This document shows positions 25,254 to 37,557 of a stretch of DNA of 64,000 nucleotides, piece by piece. The stretch covers positions 57,164,001 to 57,228,000 of the forward strand of contig NC_083281.1 in assembly GCF_963506605.1 (NCBI RefSeq). The letters run 5' to 3'. This stretch comes from Zootoca vivipara (lineage: Eukaryota). How positions within the stretch are numbered: the stretch's first letter is position 1; each line of letters begins with the position of its first letter. A model generated the notes under the pieces. The model did not search any database. It was not told where the DNA came from and worked only from the letters and a program-made list of their open reading frames with translations. A program made the position numbers and the translations under genes.

Positions 25254-28159
25254 GCAACATGTGTGTATTTTTTTCCTTGTTACCTGTAACTGCAAGTAGT
25301 AAAATCTACTTTTAATATCTATGTTTCATATGACACCTATGTGTCATAGGAGGGAACACATGTATTCATGCAAAGGGGTGTGTGTGTGTGTTTTTAATTT
25401 TTTTTTAAAAAAAAATCAGGATTTGTCCACATGAGAGATGGTCTTTCCAGTCTCTTCCATTCCGGACAGTCCTTCATGGAGTCTCTGCAGAACATGTTTC
25501 CTCCAATATGCTGTTGGGTGGAGAACTCACTCGCCTTGATTCTGGAGCTTAATTTATTTTATTTCAGTTTCTAAGGAGACCTTTTTTTAGAGCAAAGGTC
25601 AGGCAGGGCAGGGGATCCAGCCAGTGACAGACTGACTCCTGAAGTGGAATCCATTTTGGAGTGCAAATTATTTGGAGGAGGGCAGCAGGAAAGTTCGGTG
25701 GGGTCAAGGTCAAATTCAGGCTTCTATCAGTTGTTTCCCTGCACATACACTTTCTTGTTTCCCCTCCTCAGCCTGCAAATACCTGATAGAACTGTAAATA
25801 GAGGGGAAGTAACACAAGAGCTGGTGTTCTCAGGGTAGCTTGGCTGATGCCAGATCTCTTGTGAGTTTAAACACCCACCTCCAGATGGGCTCCCCTGGGA
25901 AGGAGCAAAAAACAAATACACACCCCACAGTCATGAAATACATAAACAGAAATGCTGGCCTGGCTCTCGCCATCCTGCTTGCTTGCTGCTGCCGCAACTG
26001 ACTCCCCCCCTCTTCCTCCCCCCACGTTCCTCCAGGCTTATGTGTCTCCCCCACCCCTTCAATGACTGAACCTGCAGTTGATCCTTTTCAAAAACGGAGG
26101 TTAGCATAGAGGGTTGGAACAGGAAACATCTGCCAAAGGGGAGAGATGGCACCTTTGCACAAACAGGCCAAATGCTTCCCTTGATCTTCTCGGCTGTGTT
26201 TTCACCTGCATTTTCAACACTGCTATGCGTGTTTAATGTTAGTTTTGCAGCCTCTCTAAAACATGTATTTAGCTGCTGTTAATTGAGGACAGCATAAATT
26301 GGTTTCTCCAGCTTTCCGCTGAAACAAGATAGCATCCCCATATCAGGATTAAGTCCCCCCCCCTCTGTATCAAATGGCTTAAAAATACTGAACTCAATTC
26401 CTTTTGAATTAACTGAGCCTTATTTTATCCCCCCACCCTCCAATATCACCTATCACCATAGTAACCACTAGCTGTCAGTTCAGTTTCTGACATTTTTCTC
26501 ATTTGCTAAGATTTCAGAATTGCCATCCTCGCTGCCAACATGTCATGAACAAGGGAAAAAAAATTGCATGAAAAATCTAATGGGTGTCTGGTCTGATTGT
26601 CCTCACTTGTGGCAGGAAAGACAAAAACTGATGAATTGTGAAATGTATTCAGAAGGATTCAAGAAAAGCAAGAAGGCGCTCGGATCCCCCTCCCCCCTCC
26701 CCTCTGGCAACACCTCCTCGTTTTCATCTTGTTTTGCTTGATGCGCCGTACATGTTTGCCCTGACACTGGGGGTAGGTGGGTGGGTGTCAAAATTTAAGA
26801 GGAGCAGCCTTCACCGTCACCCTGCTGCTGGCTTCCCTCCACCCCCACCCCACCCCACTTTTAAAAAAGTCATCATTAGAAAATAAAGTTAGCCTGGCTT
26901 GTTATTTAGCAGCAGCTATTCCCACTCTATCAGTGCCCAACAAAATTTGCTTCGGTCACTGATTACAGACAATTCTGTTGATTTTCTCAGTTTTTTTGAA
27001 AAGCTGCGTGTATTTGTATTCATCCAACAGAGGGGGAACCCCACCCTCAAGCAGAAAAAAAAGGAAATATGAAAGACAGATGACCTAGAAAGGGGCAAAA
27101 AGTCTTTTTAAAAGAGGACATTGATGAGCACTACATTCCTTTTTAAATTCCTTTGTGTGTTGTCTTTAAGAGCCTGCTAAAGAAAAATCACACTTAAACC
27201 CATTTTTTAAAAGTCTCTCTTCCCATACACACATATACACAATGGTTCTTTAATCATAAAAGTGGTGCTTCTGTTTTTATTTTTTGTATGTACATTATTT
27301 CGATAAAATAATGAAGACTTTTCTTCCACCATTGAAATCAACACATTTGATACTGAGGAGGGAATGAGGGAATCCACCTGTCCATTTTCATGCGTGGGCA
27401 GCACTTGAGATACTACCTGTGCCCGATGGGCCAGCCACCTTCCCACACCGGCGCTTCGTCCAACGTGGTGTTCGGAAATGCATCCATGTCTCCAACAACT
27501 TGTTTGGGGGGCAAGTGCAATCTTATCACAGCCTCTGTGTGTTTCCCTGGCTGTCTACAAATTCTGGCTCAGCGGCAGGAACTCATTTCAGAAACATAAA
27601 ACTGGCTTGATAAGCAGCTGCTGCTCAGCTTGGCTCCTTGAGGAGTCTTGGGGTTGTGATCGCCTCTGCCGAATGCCACCAAATTGTTTCTCTTTCGCAT
27701 TCCAGATGCTGCTTCTGAAGCTTCAACTGCTGAAAAACATGCAAGCGGATAAAGGGGGGGGGTTCAGTGGGGATGGGAAGACTCCGAGAAATATAGAACA
27801 TTATAACAGTTTGCGAGTGCGGTGTGGGAGAGATAAAACAATTTCTTATCGCTGCACATAATACACATGTATTCCATGTTTCCAGGTGTCGAGTAAAAGC
27901 GCAGGGGCCTGGAGACAATTCTATGAATATGCAAATGTAAACGTTAGAAAATAAAATCCACATTGGTATTTTTGGTAACGTGAGATTGGGGTTCCAATCT
28001 GGCCACATGCTCTGATTCGCGTTGCATTTTATTTTTCAGTGTTGACCCTGTGGCTTCTTAGTATTCTCTGAAACGGCTGAGTGCCTGCGGGGAGCCTCTC
28101 TTTGCAGCTGCCCACACCTGCATTTGTCGGATTTTGTGCCTGTGTGCTTGGGATGCAGG

Positions 28160-28860
28160 CAGGCAGGAGGAATTTGTGAGGTGTAATAATTACTCAGCTT
28201 GCCCAAAATTATCAGCGTTTTGGAATGAAAGTCAATAGTTTCTGTACAGTTCCTTGCTTTCCCTGAGACATCAAGCATGATTATTGATTGTAAACTGCCT
28301 ATTTCACTTTTGGTAAAACAGATGCTGTGTTGATTTCAAGGAGCCAAGAACCTGGAAGCCTGTACACATTTGGATAAGCAGCCGCTGTATGTTACACTAC
28401 CAAATGCACAGCACGGGTAGAAGCATTTCTAGATGTCCTTCTGGGCTGTAATATTTCCCCTAATCAGCAAGCCTTGCAAGGTTGGCCGTGGCCGCCTCTG
28501 CCCTCAAGCCATCGCTCCTCTGGTTAATTGTAAAAATTCCACACACTTTGGGAAATGGGAACGCGTCATTTATATTCCGCTTCTGTCAGGTGTATAAATA
28601 TTAAAATATATTAGCCCCAAAATGGCTGATTATCCCTCAAACATTTTGCGATAAATCTCACCTTTTTATGGTGTGGGAGGGGACTCTTGTGCCTAAATAT
28701 TTTATGATGTTTGGAAATATTCTTTAAACAACCTGGATTTATTATTAATGGTTTAAACATTTATAACAGCCTTAAAAATTCCGAGGTGCAGCTCACATTA
28801 CACTCATCTACCAAGATAAAGTTATTTTCCCATGCAAAATGTATACCGGCGACTGAGATG
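28160..28860. promoter_or_regulatory. Candidate enhancer cluster
   Basis: AT-rich, TE-free, many TAAT/ATTA, TGATTATTGATT and TTTATGG (HOX/CDX-type) motifs with retained CpGs. Confidence 0.35.
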
Positions 28861-29173
28861 ATTTTCTGTGATGTGGTGTGTGTGTGTGTTTGGAAAACAT
28901 ACCGTGTGGCTACCAGGCAGAGATTGCTTTCAAATATCGAGGTCTTCTCAACAGCAATGCAGCATTAGACATGAAGTCACACAGAAGCACTGATAGTCAA
29001 TATGTTAATATCTGTGTGCGCGTTTGTGTGTACGCCTGCTTTGTATCAGCCATGCTTACGTTTCCCATTTTATGTAGGAGTTGCATGGAGCCTGAGGCAG
29101 ATGGGCCTTTTGGTGCAGTTAGGAAAATAGCCTTGGTAGTTGACACCTTGCAATTTTACTGAATCTACCTTTA

Positions 29174-29218
<45 letters not shown>
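29174..29218. repeat. (AAT)n microsatellite
   Basis: Directly visible. Confidence 0.95.
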
Positions 29219-29219
<1 letters not shown>

Positions 29220-30894
29220 CCCACAATTTTTTTCTGATAGGTTCCGGGGGTAGGGAAGCTGGAATAGACACGTGTGTACACAATTTGTATCTCATATAGT
29301 ATTCGGGACAAAGTTATGAATACGTAATGCAGGCAATGGATAGAAAAGAGGGTGATACATATTTATTGACCCCCAACGTAAGTGTGTGTTTAATGAGCAA
29401 AGGGCCATCAGGCTGTGCAAGGGGAGGCAGTGTCAGACCAGGGTCTGGTAAATCTACATTCAAATAAAATAAAATAAAAATAAAGCTTCACCTTGCCTTG
29501 ACAAGCTGACTTGGGGTTTGTGACACAGTCAGTTCATTTGATTCTCAGAACTCAGCTGGGGGTTAAATTGGAATCCAGACATCAAAGAATTCTTCCAGCA
29601 GACCCAAATTTTGCCCATATAATTTTTTTTCTTCCAGTTGTCATAATTTTAGCTAATTTCACAGTGCAATACATTTTTTTTTGCCTTTGAAGTATTTCCC
29701 AAACATATAGCACCGTTGTAGGCAAAATATCACAAGCTGCCTTTTGCACATACATACAGGTCTCTTCTCCTAGGCCTTCCTTGCTGGATGTGTGTGCGCC
29801 CTGGTCTCTTTGTGTGCGTGCGTGTGTTTCGCACGTGTGTCTGACGTTACCCGAGGATTTCGCCCCCTCAGACCACTGCAGCAGCTGCATCATCATCATC
29901 TCTCAGGGCCTTCCCTGGCTTTTGCTTGCTCTCTCGTTGCCCCCCAATTGTGGTGTCATAAACCCCTCCAGACATGTGGAGCGGCGTGTGCAGGGAATGC
30001 TCAGGCTGCGGCTTGGCTTCTTATCGAAAGGTCAGGGCTAAGGGAATACATCAGGCTGCTATTGGGGATGGTGGCCGCTTGCCATTTAGCCTCCCCGCCT
30101 TTTATCAGATCACTTTTGTAACACAGACCTAATAAAAGAAGGAACCGTTGGCAGTGGCTGGGGGGGGGCAGGACAGAGAGGAGGAACCTAAGCAGGGAGG
30201 AAATCTTGTCCTGGTTTTGCTGCCTTTCCCAGCCCTTTCTAGTGTGCTTATGTTCTTGCCTTTGGCCTTTTTCTCTGGTTCTGCCTCCTCCACCTTTGCA
30301 TCCCTTTAATTGTGCTCTCGTGTAAGAGAACTGAAATTTCATTTTGCTTAAACAATCACTCAGGAAGGGGAAAAGACACCCTCCTCTTTTGTGTTGTCTT
30401 GACATTTTTGGCCGGGGGGGTGGGTGGGTGGTGGTGGTGGTCTGGGAGGGGATTAGCACAAACGCTCTTGGATGCGAAGCCACCATTAATATTTTCTGCG
30501 AGGCTTAGAAGGAGAAAAAACGGCGACGTTCGCTGGGCAGAGGAACTTTCCTTCTGCATATATTTTATTGTGTGGGGTTTTAAGGCATCTTTGAGGCTGA
30601 TCAACAGCCCTGTTGTTGCAGAACCATTTGTATGGCTTTGAGGCTGTCCTTTAATTGGAATGCCGCAGCCTGCTGGACACCCAACACAATTTAGCAAGGC
30701 CGGCGGGGCTGGGGCTGGGCTAATGTATCGCTGCATTTACATTCTTTATGGAACACCCAGATGGCTTTTTAGCGGGTAAACTGGGGAGATGAAAGAGAGC
30801 AAAGCCCAGTGTCCGACGGCCATCACTTTCGAGCGTGCAGGTTGGTGAAAAGGGCAGCTGAGCCAAACTGAGCTGAGCTGGCCACATTTCCCGT

Positions 30895-30941
30895 GGGGTG
30901 GGGAGGGGAGGGGAGGGGAGGGGAGGGGAGGGGAGGGGGGG
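30895..30941 (+). repeat. (GGGGA)n tract, G-quadruplex/triplex-prone
   Basis: Consecutive G4 runs with 1-nt loops. Confidence 0.9.
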
Positions 30942-31524
30942 CAAAAGCTTTGCTGAGACTCGGTTCCTGCTGGATGAATCAACTTCAGCTGGCTCTCGCG
31001 TATCCTGCTGCCTGCCTGCCGGTTGCAATGCTTTATGGCATTTCTCTTTTCCACGGGGGGGGGGGGGCCTCCCTCCCCCCCCCAGTCCAAGCAAATTGCA
31101 TCTCATTTTATGCCTGTTGCTTCCTTGGGCATGAAGAAAGCTTTTCTGAAATTTCAAAGCTTCCACATTCTCTTAGTCTCCAGTTTGAAAAGACAGAAGG
31201 AGGGAAGCAGGCAGGGACCTGGCCAGCCAAACGAGGGTGCCTGGCCGGAAGCTCAGCATCCTCACGGAGACACAAAAGGCATCTTTGGACCACCCCTAAC
31301 AGCCTAGCTCCTTCTGGGGGGAGGGGGAGAGCGGATGGGTGGAGGAAGCCAAGTCTGAACACTTTGAGCTCATTCAGGTAGCTGGAAATTGCCTCTCGCT
31401 TCCAGGCAGTTATTAACGGATCTATTTGAGGAGAGCCGGTGTCCCAGCTGTGGTCTTAGCACAAAATGTTTTGCTTATTACTGCCTCGTGGCAGGAATTT
31501 TGTGCCATTCTCCCCCAACTGGAG

Positions 31525-31526
<2 letters not shown>

Positions 31527-31560
<34 letters not shown>
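31527..31560. repeat. (GT)n microsatellite
   Basis: Directly visible. Confidence 0.95.
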
Positions 31561-31562
<2 letters not shown>

Positions 31563-31784
31563 TGGTGGAGGGAGAGTACACCCTGGTCTGGATGTGAAGG
31601 AGGGATTGCCATGTGTCTCTTTTGTTGGAAACAAACCTTACCCTTTCCATCTTTATTACTCTGTTGCCAATTTATGTGACTATTAGCCAACCAAGGTGGA
31701 TGGCGGCTGCAGAAGCGCCAAGGTGGGTCTGATGGTCCTTGTGGCTATTTCGGGCAATGTCAGAAGCGCTCACACAGACATTCT

Positions 31785-31964
31785 NNNNNNNNNNNNNNNN
31801 NNNNNNNNNNNNNNNNNNNNNNNNNNNNNNNNNNNNNNNNNNNNNNNNNNNNNNNNNNNNNNNNNNNNNNNNNNNNNNNNNNNNNNNNNNNNNNNNNNNN
31901 NNNNNNNNNNNNNNNNNNNNNNNNNNNNNNNNNNNNNNNNNNNNNNNNNNNNNNNNNNNNNNNN
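31785..31964. other. Assembly gap (180 N)
   Basis: Run of N. Confidence 1.
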
Positions 31965-32619
31965 ATAGCCTCAGTGGCTGACACAAGTCTTTTCAGCGGG
32001 GATGACAGCTTTTCAGATCTTAATAGGCTGTTCCTTTCTGGCCTGTGCGTTTTCCACATTTCTCCTTTCGGAGCCAGGCTGTGACTTGATGGCTAAAATC
32101 TGACATGTAGAAGGTGCTGTGTCTGCCGCAGCAGAAGGAAAGTAAAAAAACAAAACAAAAGCCTTTATTCGTCCTTAGAAAATGGGATGCCTGCAAATTG
32201 GCAACAATCAGCAAACAATTAAAACTTAAGAAAAGGGTTCCTTTAAAATCACCGGCTTTGACTCATTTGACCCAAATGCCCATTTTATCCTATTTATTTA
32301 TTTATTTATTTATTGGCACAAACCATCTCTCCAGAGATATGGGTGGGTGCTTGCAAATCTGAATGGCTTATCTTTTTGGACAAGAACTGGTCAAATTTGT
32401 TGGCAATGTTTTGCTCCATTGAATTTTATACAAGACTAAACGGAAACGGCAGGTGACAGATTACAAAGCAGCCTTTTTTCTTGAATGCCGTTTTAATTTC
32501 ACTTCACTGTTGAGCTTTGGGAGGCAGCAGCGAAGGCGAGAGAAAGGGAGGCTCCCGGATACACTTGGCTTTAGTTTGAGGGGTGTGATCATGTCCAGTA
32601 GAGACAAGAGTGACTCTCG

Positions 32620-32735
32620 ACTGGCAAAGAATCCTGGGAACTGTAGTTTGTCAAGGGTGCTGGGAATTGTAGCTTTGTTGGGTGCAAACTACAGCATGCG
32701 GGATACTTTGGGGGAAGCCATGCGCTTTCAATGTG
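32620..32735. mobile_element. Degenerate MITE-like repeat (GGGAACTGTAGTTTG family); reverse copy at ~46945-47000
   Basis: AAAGAATCCTGGGAACTGTAGTTTGTCAAGGGTGCTGGGAATTGTA matches the reverse complement of TACAGTTCCCAGCAACCCTTCACAAACTACAGTACCCAGAATTCTTT. Confidence 0.6.
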
Positions 32736-34199
32736 CCGTAGTTTTGCTCCAAGTGTGTACGATCCACAGGAGAGATGCAACATCCCAGAGAGGGCTGGGT
32801 GGGCCTGATGAGCTTGAGCTCTCTTCCCAAGGTAGGAAGGTTAATGCTCGTTCACAGGTGCTTCCTGTTGATGAGTTGCCTTCTCCTCCAAAAGAGGAGC
32901 TCCCCAAAGGCCTCCTTGTCCACTTATGTCAAGGCTTCTTCCCTTCCTTCCTCCCTCCCTCCCTCCCTGCCTGCCTGCCTGCCTGCTGCGATCATACTGT
33001 GTGCATGTTGCCCACATCAAAGCTCATACTTGTTTCTTTTGTTTGTGTGTGTCCCTGACATACTCTGTAGCCCACTTGTGCCTGACCCTGGTCCAACTGC
33101 TCCAAGTCCCTGCCCCTGCCAGGACCTGCTCTGCCCCATCTCTTAGCTGCTGCCTTAATGGTGCTAGCATTAGTCTCCTGAGCCTTCACCACTTCAATCA
33201 TTCATTTGTAATTTTATTTGTATGACATTTTTCAATACAGAGAATCATGCTCAAAGTGCCATACAACAAAGCAAACAGGAATACATCTCAAACTCAGGCA
33301 TCGCTAGAACAATGGAAAAGAACATAAAAAACCAACATAATAGTAAACATACAAATAATAATAATAATAATTCAGTACTATAAATGCAACAATAGGAGGC
33401 TAACAACATCACACCTCCTGGCAACAGCAAAAATAACAATGGAGCTTGACAGTTTTACTTTGGTCCCGAAAACACCTCTCCCAAGATGTTGTACTTCCAG
33501 TTGCAATTGCCTTGGGCCCAGAACCATGGACTTCTGTACAGCAAGGGCGATGGGTCAAGGGGAGCAGCTCTCTCCCCAGCCCCGCTCCCAGCCAAGAGTC
33601 ACAATCCCCAGGTTCCCAGCTTTCTTTTCTTTTCTTTTTTTTAAAAAGGACATTTCTGGCATCTGTAGAACCTGAGATACAGTGCCCAATACGCAGTCTA
33701 CTATTCACATTTGTTTTGTGAGAAACTCACCTCCCACTTCAGTATTTTAGCCCATTTACTTGGAAAGCAGATCTAGTCAAGGTTAGAGGGAGACTCTTGC
33801 TACTAGCAGACTCTAGAGAGGGAACTTCTTGGTATGTTTGCAAAAAAAAAATATCCGCTGGTGGAGAAGGCATTGCTGCTGCCGCCCACAGAAAACAATG
33901 CAGGGATGGGGGGTTTTAGTGTAGCTGAGCTTGGAGGCTAATGTGTGTCAGCTAAAAAACAAAAGGGGGCTGCAGAGGCTCATGATCTTTCTGACAGGTC
34001 TTATTTAAGAGAGAATGAGAGATGGTAAATGTTAAAAAAATTATTCTACTAATACCAATGCAGCCAAACTCCATTGTTACTGTAGTATACCCATATTATT
34101 TTTTTTGAAAATGAAGAAACAAGAAACAGTACCAAAGCAAATAGCCCCCCACCCCCTGTCCTAAGCCCATCTCACAATTTTATTTTATTTTTTAACAGA

Positions 34200-34855
34200 T
34201 CAAGTCCTATACATAGCTACCCTTTTCTTGAACTATATATTTTTTTTACATAACGTGAAGTAGTCCACACAAACACCTGAAACATCCAATTCTCTCTTTA
34301 CCTAAGATGTTAACTGACAGCTTTTTATATAATTCTTCTTGATAATTAACTTGGTTCTTTAGCATTGCTGACAACTTAATCAAGCTCAGTTGTTCCCAGA
34401 TCTTTCTGGCGATATCCTGCTTTGTTAGTTTACATGTAATTGGCATAGAACAGCCTTGCAATGGTCAAAACATGTACTGTATAATCTGGATCATGTAGGA
34501 ACACGGTTCTAATGATAACTCAACTTGCAAAGCTTCCCCTTATTATTTTAACCACACAGTTCTAAAACCATTTTTCTTTAATACACCCCCAACACAAATG
34601 GGAGAAATTTCCCTTTGTGGCTTCACAAAACCAAAACTTTCCATCACCAGTGCTCCTCCTCATCTTTGGGTTTCTGGGCAACTGGAGATGCCATTGGGTA
34701 GCCACCTGAATACAGTTTTCTTGATAATTAGTTGATAGAGAAAAGGAGGATCCTGAACTGAAAAGATGACACCATATTTCTTTTGGAATATTTATTCAGA
34801 GGTCTTTATTTTCAAAGAGGTATAGATAAAAGAGGATCATCCAGTTTTGATGATG
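34200..34855 (-). mobile_element. L1-clade LINE ORF2 C-terminal relic (decayed zinc knuckle)
   Basis: Manual minus-strand translation near 34640-34500 gives GKFWFCEATKGNFSHLCWGCIKEKWF*NCVVKIIREAL, matching the L1 CWxC..G..H..WxC..FW pattern. KTVFRW lies upstream and RKIWEQLSLIKLS downstream. Confidence 0.7.
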
Positions 34856-34859
34856 TTTG

Positions 34860-34930
34860 TTTTCCACACTCAGCCATGAAACTTCCTGGGTAACTTTGGG
34901 CCAGTCTCTGTCTTTTAGCTGAATCTAAAT
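34860..34930 (+). mobile_element. MIR/Ther1-derived SINE fragment
   Basis: CCACACTCAGCCATGAA..CTGGGTAACTTTGGGCCAGTC is the reverse homolog of 47845-47890. Confidence 0.55.
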
Positions 34931-35171
34931 GGGGAGGTGGGTAGGCTGAATCTCCCTTTAAAAAGCTCAACAACTCTTGGGGCATCCTATACCACTTTGG
35001 GGGAAAGTTCCATGAGGTTCGCAATAACAAAACTACAATTAAAACCAGTGTTCTGATAACATAGAAACAGGCGAAGAAAACAGTAATGAAAGCAACAAGG
35101 AAACAAAACTGAACCTTACATTTCTACCCCAGAATTTAATTGTGCAACATCAGCTGATATTAACAGCAGTA

Positions 35172-35450
35172 CAGTGGTGCCTCGCTTAACGAATGCCCTG
35201 CTTAACGAAATTTCCACTTAACGAAAGGATTTTTCGAGCGGAGTTTGCCTCGCTAGACGAATGCGTTTTACGAAAAATTCGTCTAGCGAATCGCGGTTTC
35301 CCATAGGAATGCATTGAAATTCAATTACTGTAATGCGTTCCTATGGGCAAAAAAAATTCAATGCATTCCTATGGGATTCGCTAGACGAATTTTTTTGCTA
35401 TAAGAAAAGACCCGTGGAACAAATTAAATTCGTCTAGCGAGGCACCACTG
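35172..35450. mobile_element. Tc1/mariner superfamily (Tigger/pogo-like) MITE, 279 bp
   Basis: TA|CAGTGGTGCCTCGCT...AGCGAGGCACCACTG|TA: perfect 15-bp TIR and TA TSD, internal inverted repeats (CCCATAGGAATGCATTGAA / TTCAATGCATTCCTATGGG). Confidence 0.92.
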
Positions 35451-35452
35451 TA

Positions 35453-35760
35453 TGTCTCCCCTTCAAATTCACCAGAGGGGACCTGCTTGCAATCCTGCAA
35501 CATTATATCCTTGAAGTGACGTGGAATTGGAAGCATGATCCATAGAAGCAGGGGTGTGTCTTGCAGAGAAGGGGAAGGCCTCATTGCTCTCTGTAGAGAT
35601 GACATTTTTTGGAGTGTTCCTAAGAAGTGGCTTCTGTTCTTCAGCATCTCCCTCCTGAATATTGCTAATCTTGCAGTATCGGAAACTGAAGAGGTCAGAC
35701 CTGTTTCCAAGTCCAGTTTCATTCTCTGATAATCTGATCCTTCTCTCAACCAGGGGAACA
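35453..35760 (-). mobile_element. Probable L1 ORF1 relic, continuing left of the MITE to ~35135
   Basis: Minus-strand frames give KLDLE/NRS..KISNIQEG and LQRAMRPSP..KDIMLQ..EFEG, then LLISADVA beyond the MITE. This resembles L1 ORF1p DLENR..NI.I.GIPEG / ERAHR..KE.IL..YEG..I..D motifs. Confidence 0.5.
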
Positions 35761-35831
35761 TCAAGTGCTAGCTTCACCCCTTCATGTGTGAAGATGCTCG
35801 CATGCGGGGGCTAACGAGTCTCATCCAAGGC

Positions 35832-36000
35832 CACAGGAACATGGGAAGCTGCCTTAAACCAAGTCAGTCCCATCGGGAAGTCAGGATAGCCTACACTGGT
35901 TGACATCAGCAGCTGCTCTCCAGGGTCTCGGGCAGGCAGAGGTTGCTCCCTGTCGCACCTGGAGATGCTGCTTGGGATTGAATCTGGGTGCTCTGCCATG
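35832..36000 (-). mobile_element. Old tRNA-derived SINE
   Basis: GGGATTGAATC (reversed B-box-like) and a GGAAGCTGCCTTA..AGTCAG tail typical of squamate SINEs. Confidence 0.55.
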
Positions 36001-37419
36001 TCATGATAGCCTCTTTCTTAAGGGCAAACAAGGCTTGTGAGGAGGACACTTTGGAGGCGACGGAGAAGACTGTGGTAACCAACACTTAGCCAGACACTCA
36101 GCAGTTGTGCAAGGGGGAGAAATGAGAAGAGGGGTTAGCGATGAAGTCCTTCATTCTTTGAACAAGGAATTCCAGGTTGCTACCGACCTGGGACCCTTTC
36201 CATCCAGCTCCAACTCTCAGATGAATGGAGACAGGTTGTGGCAACCATCTGGTGAGAAAAAATGCTTGTGTGCAGAGGCCCTCTTTTCTTCTACATGTGC
36301 CACTGCTTTGAAAACAGGTGTGGAGGCTATGCACTAGCGGAATTAGCAGCACAGCAAGCTGACTGACATTTCTTGCCCAAGTGGCGTCTGTGGGAGGAGA
36401 GAGGGATGCAGGGTTCAGCAGCAGCAGCGGCTGCCGCCTTTGAGATGAAGTAAACATAAAGCAGGCCGGAGCTCTGTTTGGGATCTCCATTCTTCCCTTT
36501 CCCTCTTCTTCTGTTTTGGTGCTAAAGTATAAGTGAGACCTCCTTACAAAGCCCCATAATGGGACTCTGAGAATTGCTAGACTAAATGAGTGGTGCCTGC
36601 TGAGTATTAGAAACATATGTTGGGAGGCCAGAGTAATTTCCCTCACAGACAAGGAATCTCAAGATGAGCTTGAACAAACATTCTGAGCCTTGCTTAAAAA
36701 TAGCAATAAGGCAGATATGCAGAAGAGCGTCTTCTAAAGCTGGCAGCATTAAATGCATATTCAGAATGCCCAGAAACTGGTTCTACTTCCTGGGATGTTT
36801 TTATCAAAGCACAATATGTAAAAAGCAAGGGCAGGGATATGTAAATTATTTGTGACCAGTTTCAGGGACTTGACAGTTTCTCAGCAGTTGGACTTTTAGA
36901 AGGGCATAGCTACTGTGTTTTGAGTCCTGAAGTTTGACTGGAGGCGAAGAGGAATGACTGTTTATTCCCCTTATTTTGCAGCAACCTGTGTTGCATCTTC
37001 AGGGGCAAGTGCAATGTTCCACAACTCCTGTCATCAGCTCCCATTTTGCTTTCAATTTTTTACATTAGCTATCATTGCTGGCACTTTGACTATGGGCTGC
37101 AGAAGAAGCTCCTCAAATGAAAATATCATTCTTTCCCCCCACCAAGCCTGCACCGAAATCACGTGAATGTTTTGCAATTTTGTATATTAATAAAATCTGA
37201 AACTCTTAAATCCCACATGAGTGAAGCTATGGCATTAGTTCTTTAACTATGTACCTTCAAACATGACAATCTGGCCTTTTCACATGGAGTCGCACAATGT
37301 GCTGTGAATTATTTTCTGACAGCCAAATAATCCCACGCAGGTGACTAAAGTGCATTGAGACACCGTTCCAAAGGTTGTAATAATGGCTTCTTTTCAGAAT
37401 GGAAACATGGCACTAATAG

Positions 37420-37557
37420 AGCCTTCGACAACCAGATACCCTCCAGCTGGTTTGGTCTACAATTCCCATCACCCCCAGCATCATATGGCCGTGCTGGCTA
37501 GGGCTGATGGGAGTTGTAGTCTATAACAGCTGGAAGGCTGCAAACTGGTGAAAGCTG
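37420..37557. mobile_element. Older palindromic hAT-type MITE
   Basis: CCCTCCAGCTG..CTACAATTCCCATCA / TGATGGGAGTTGTAG..CAGCTGGA inverted arms. Confidence 0.7.
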
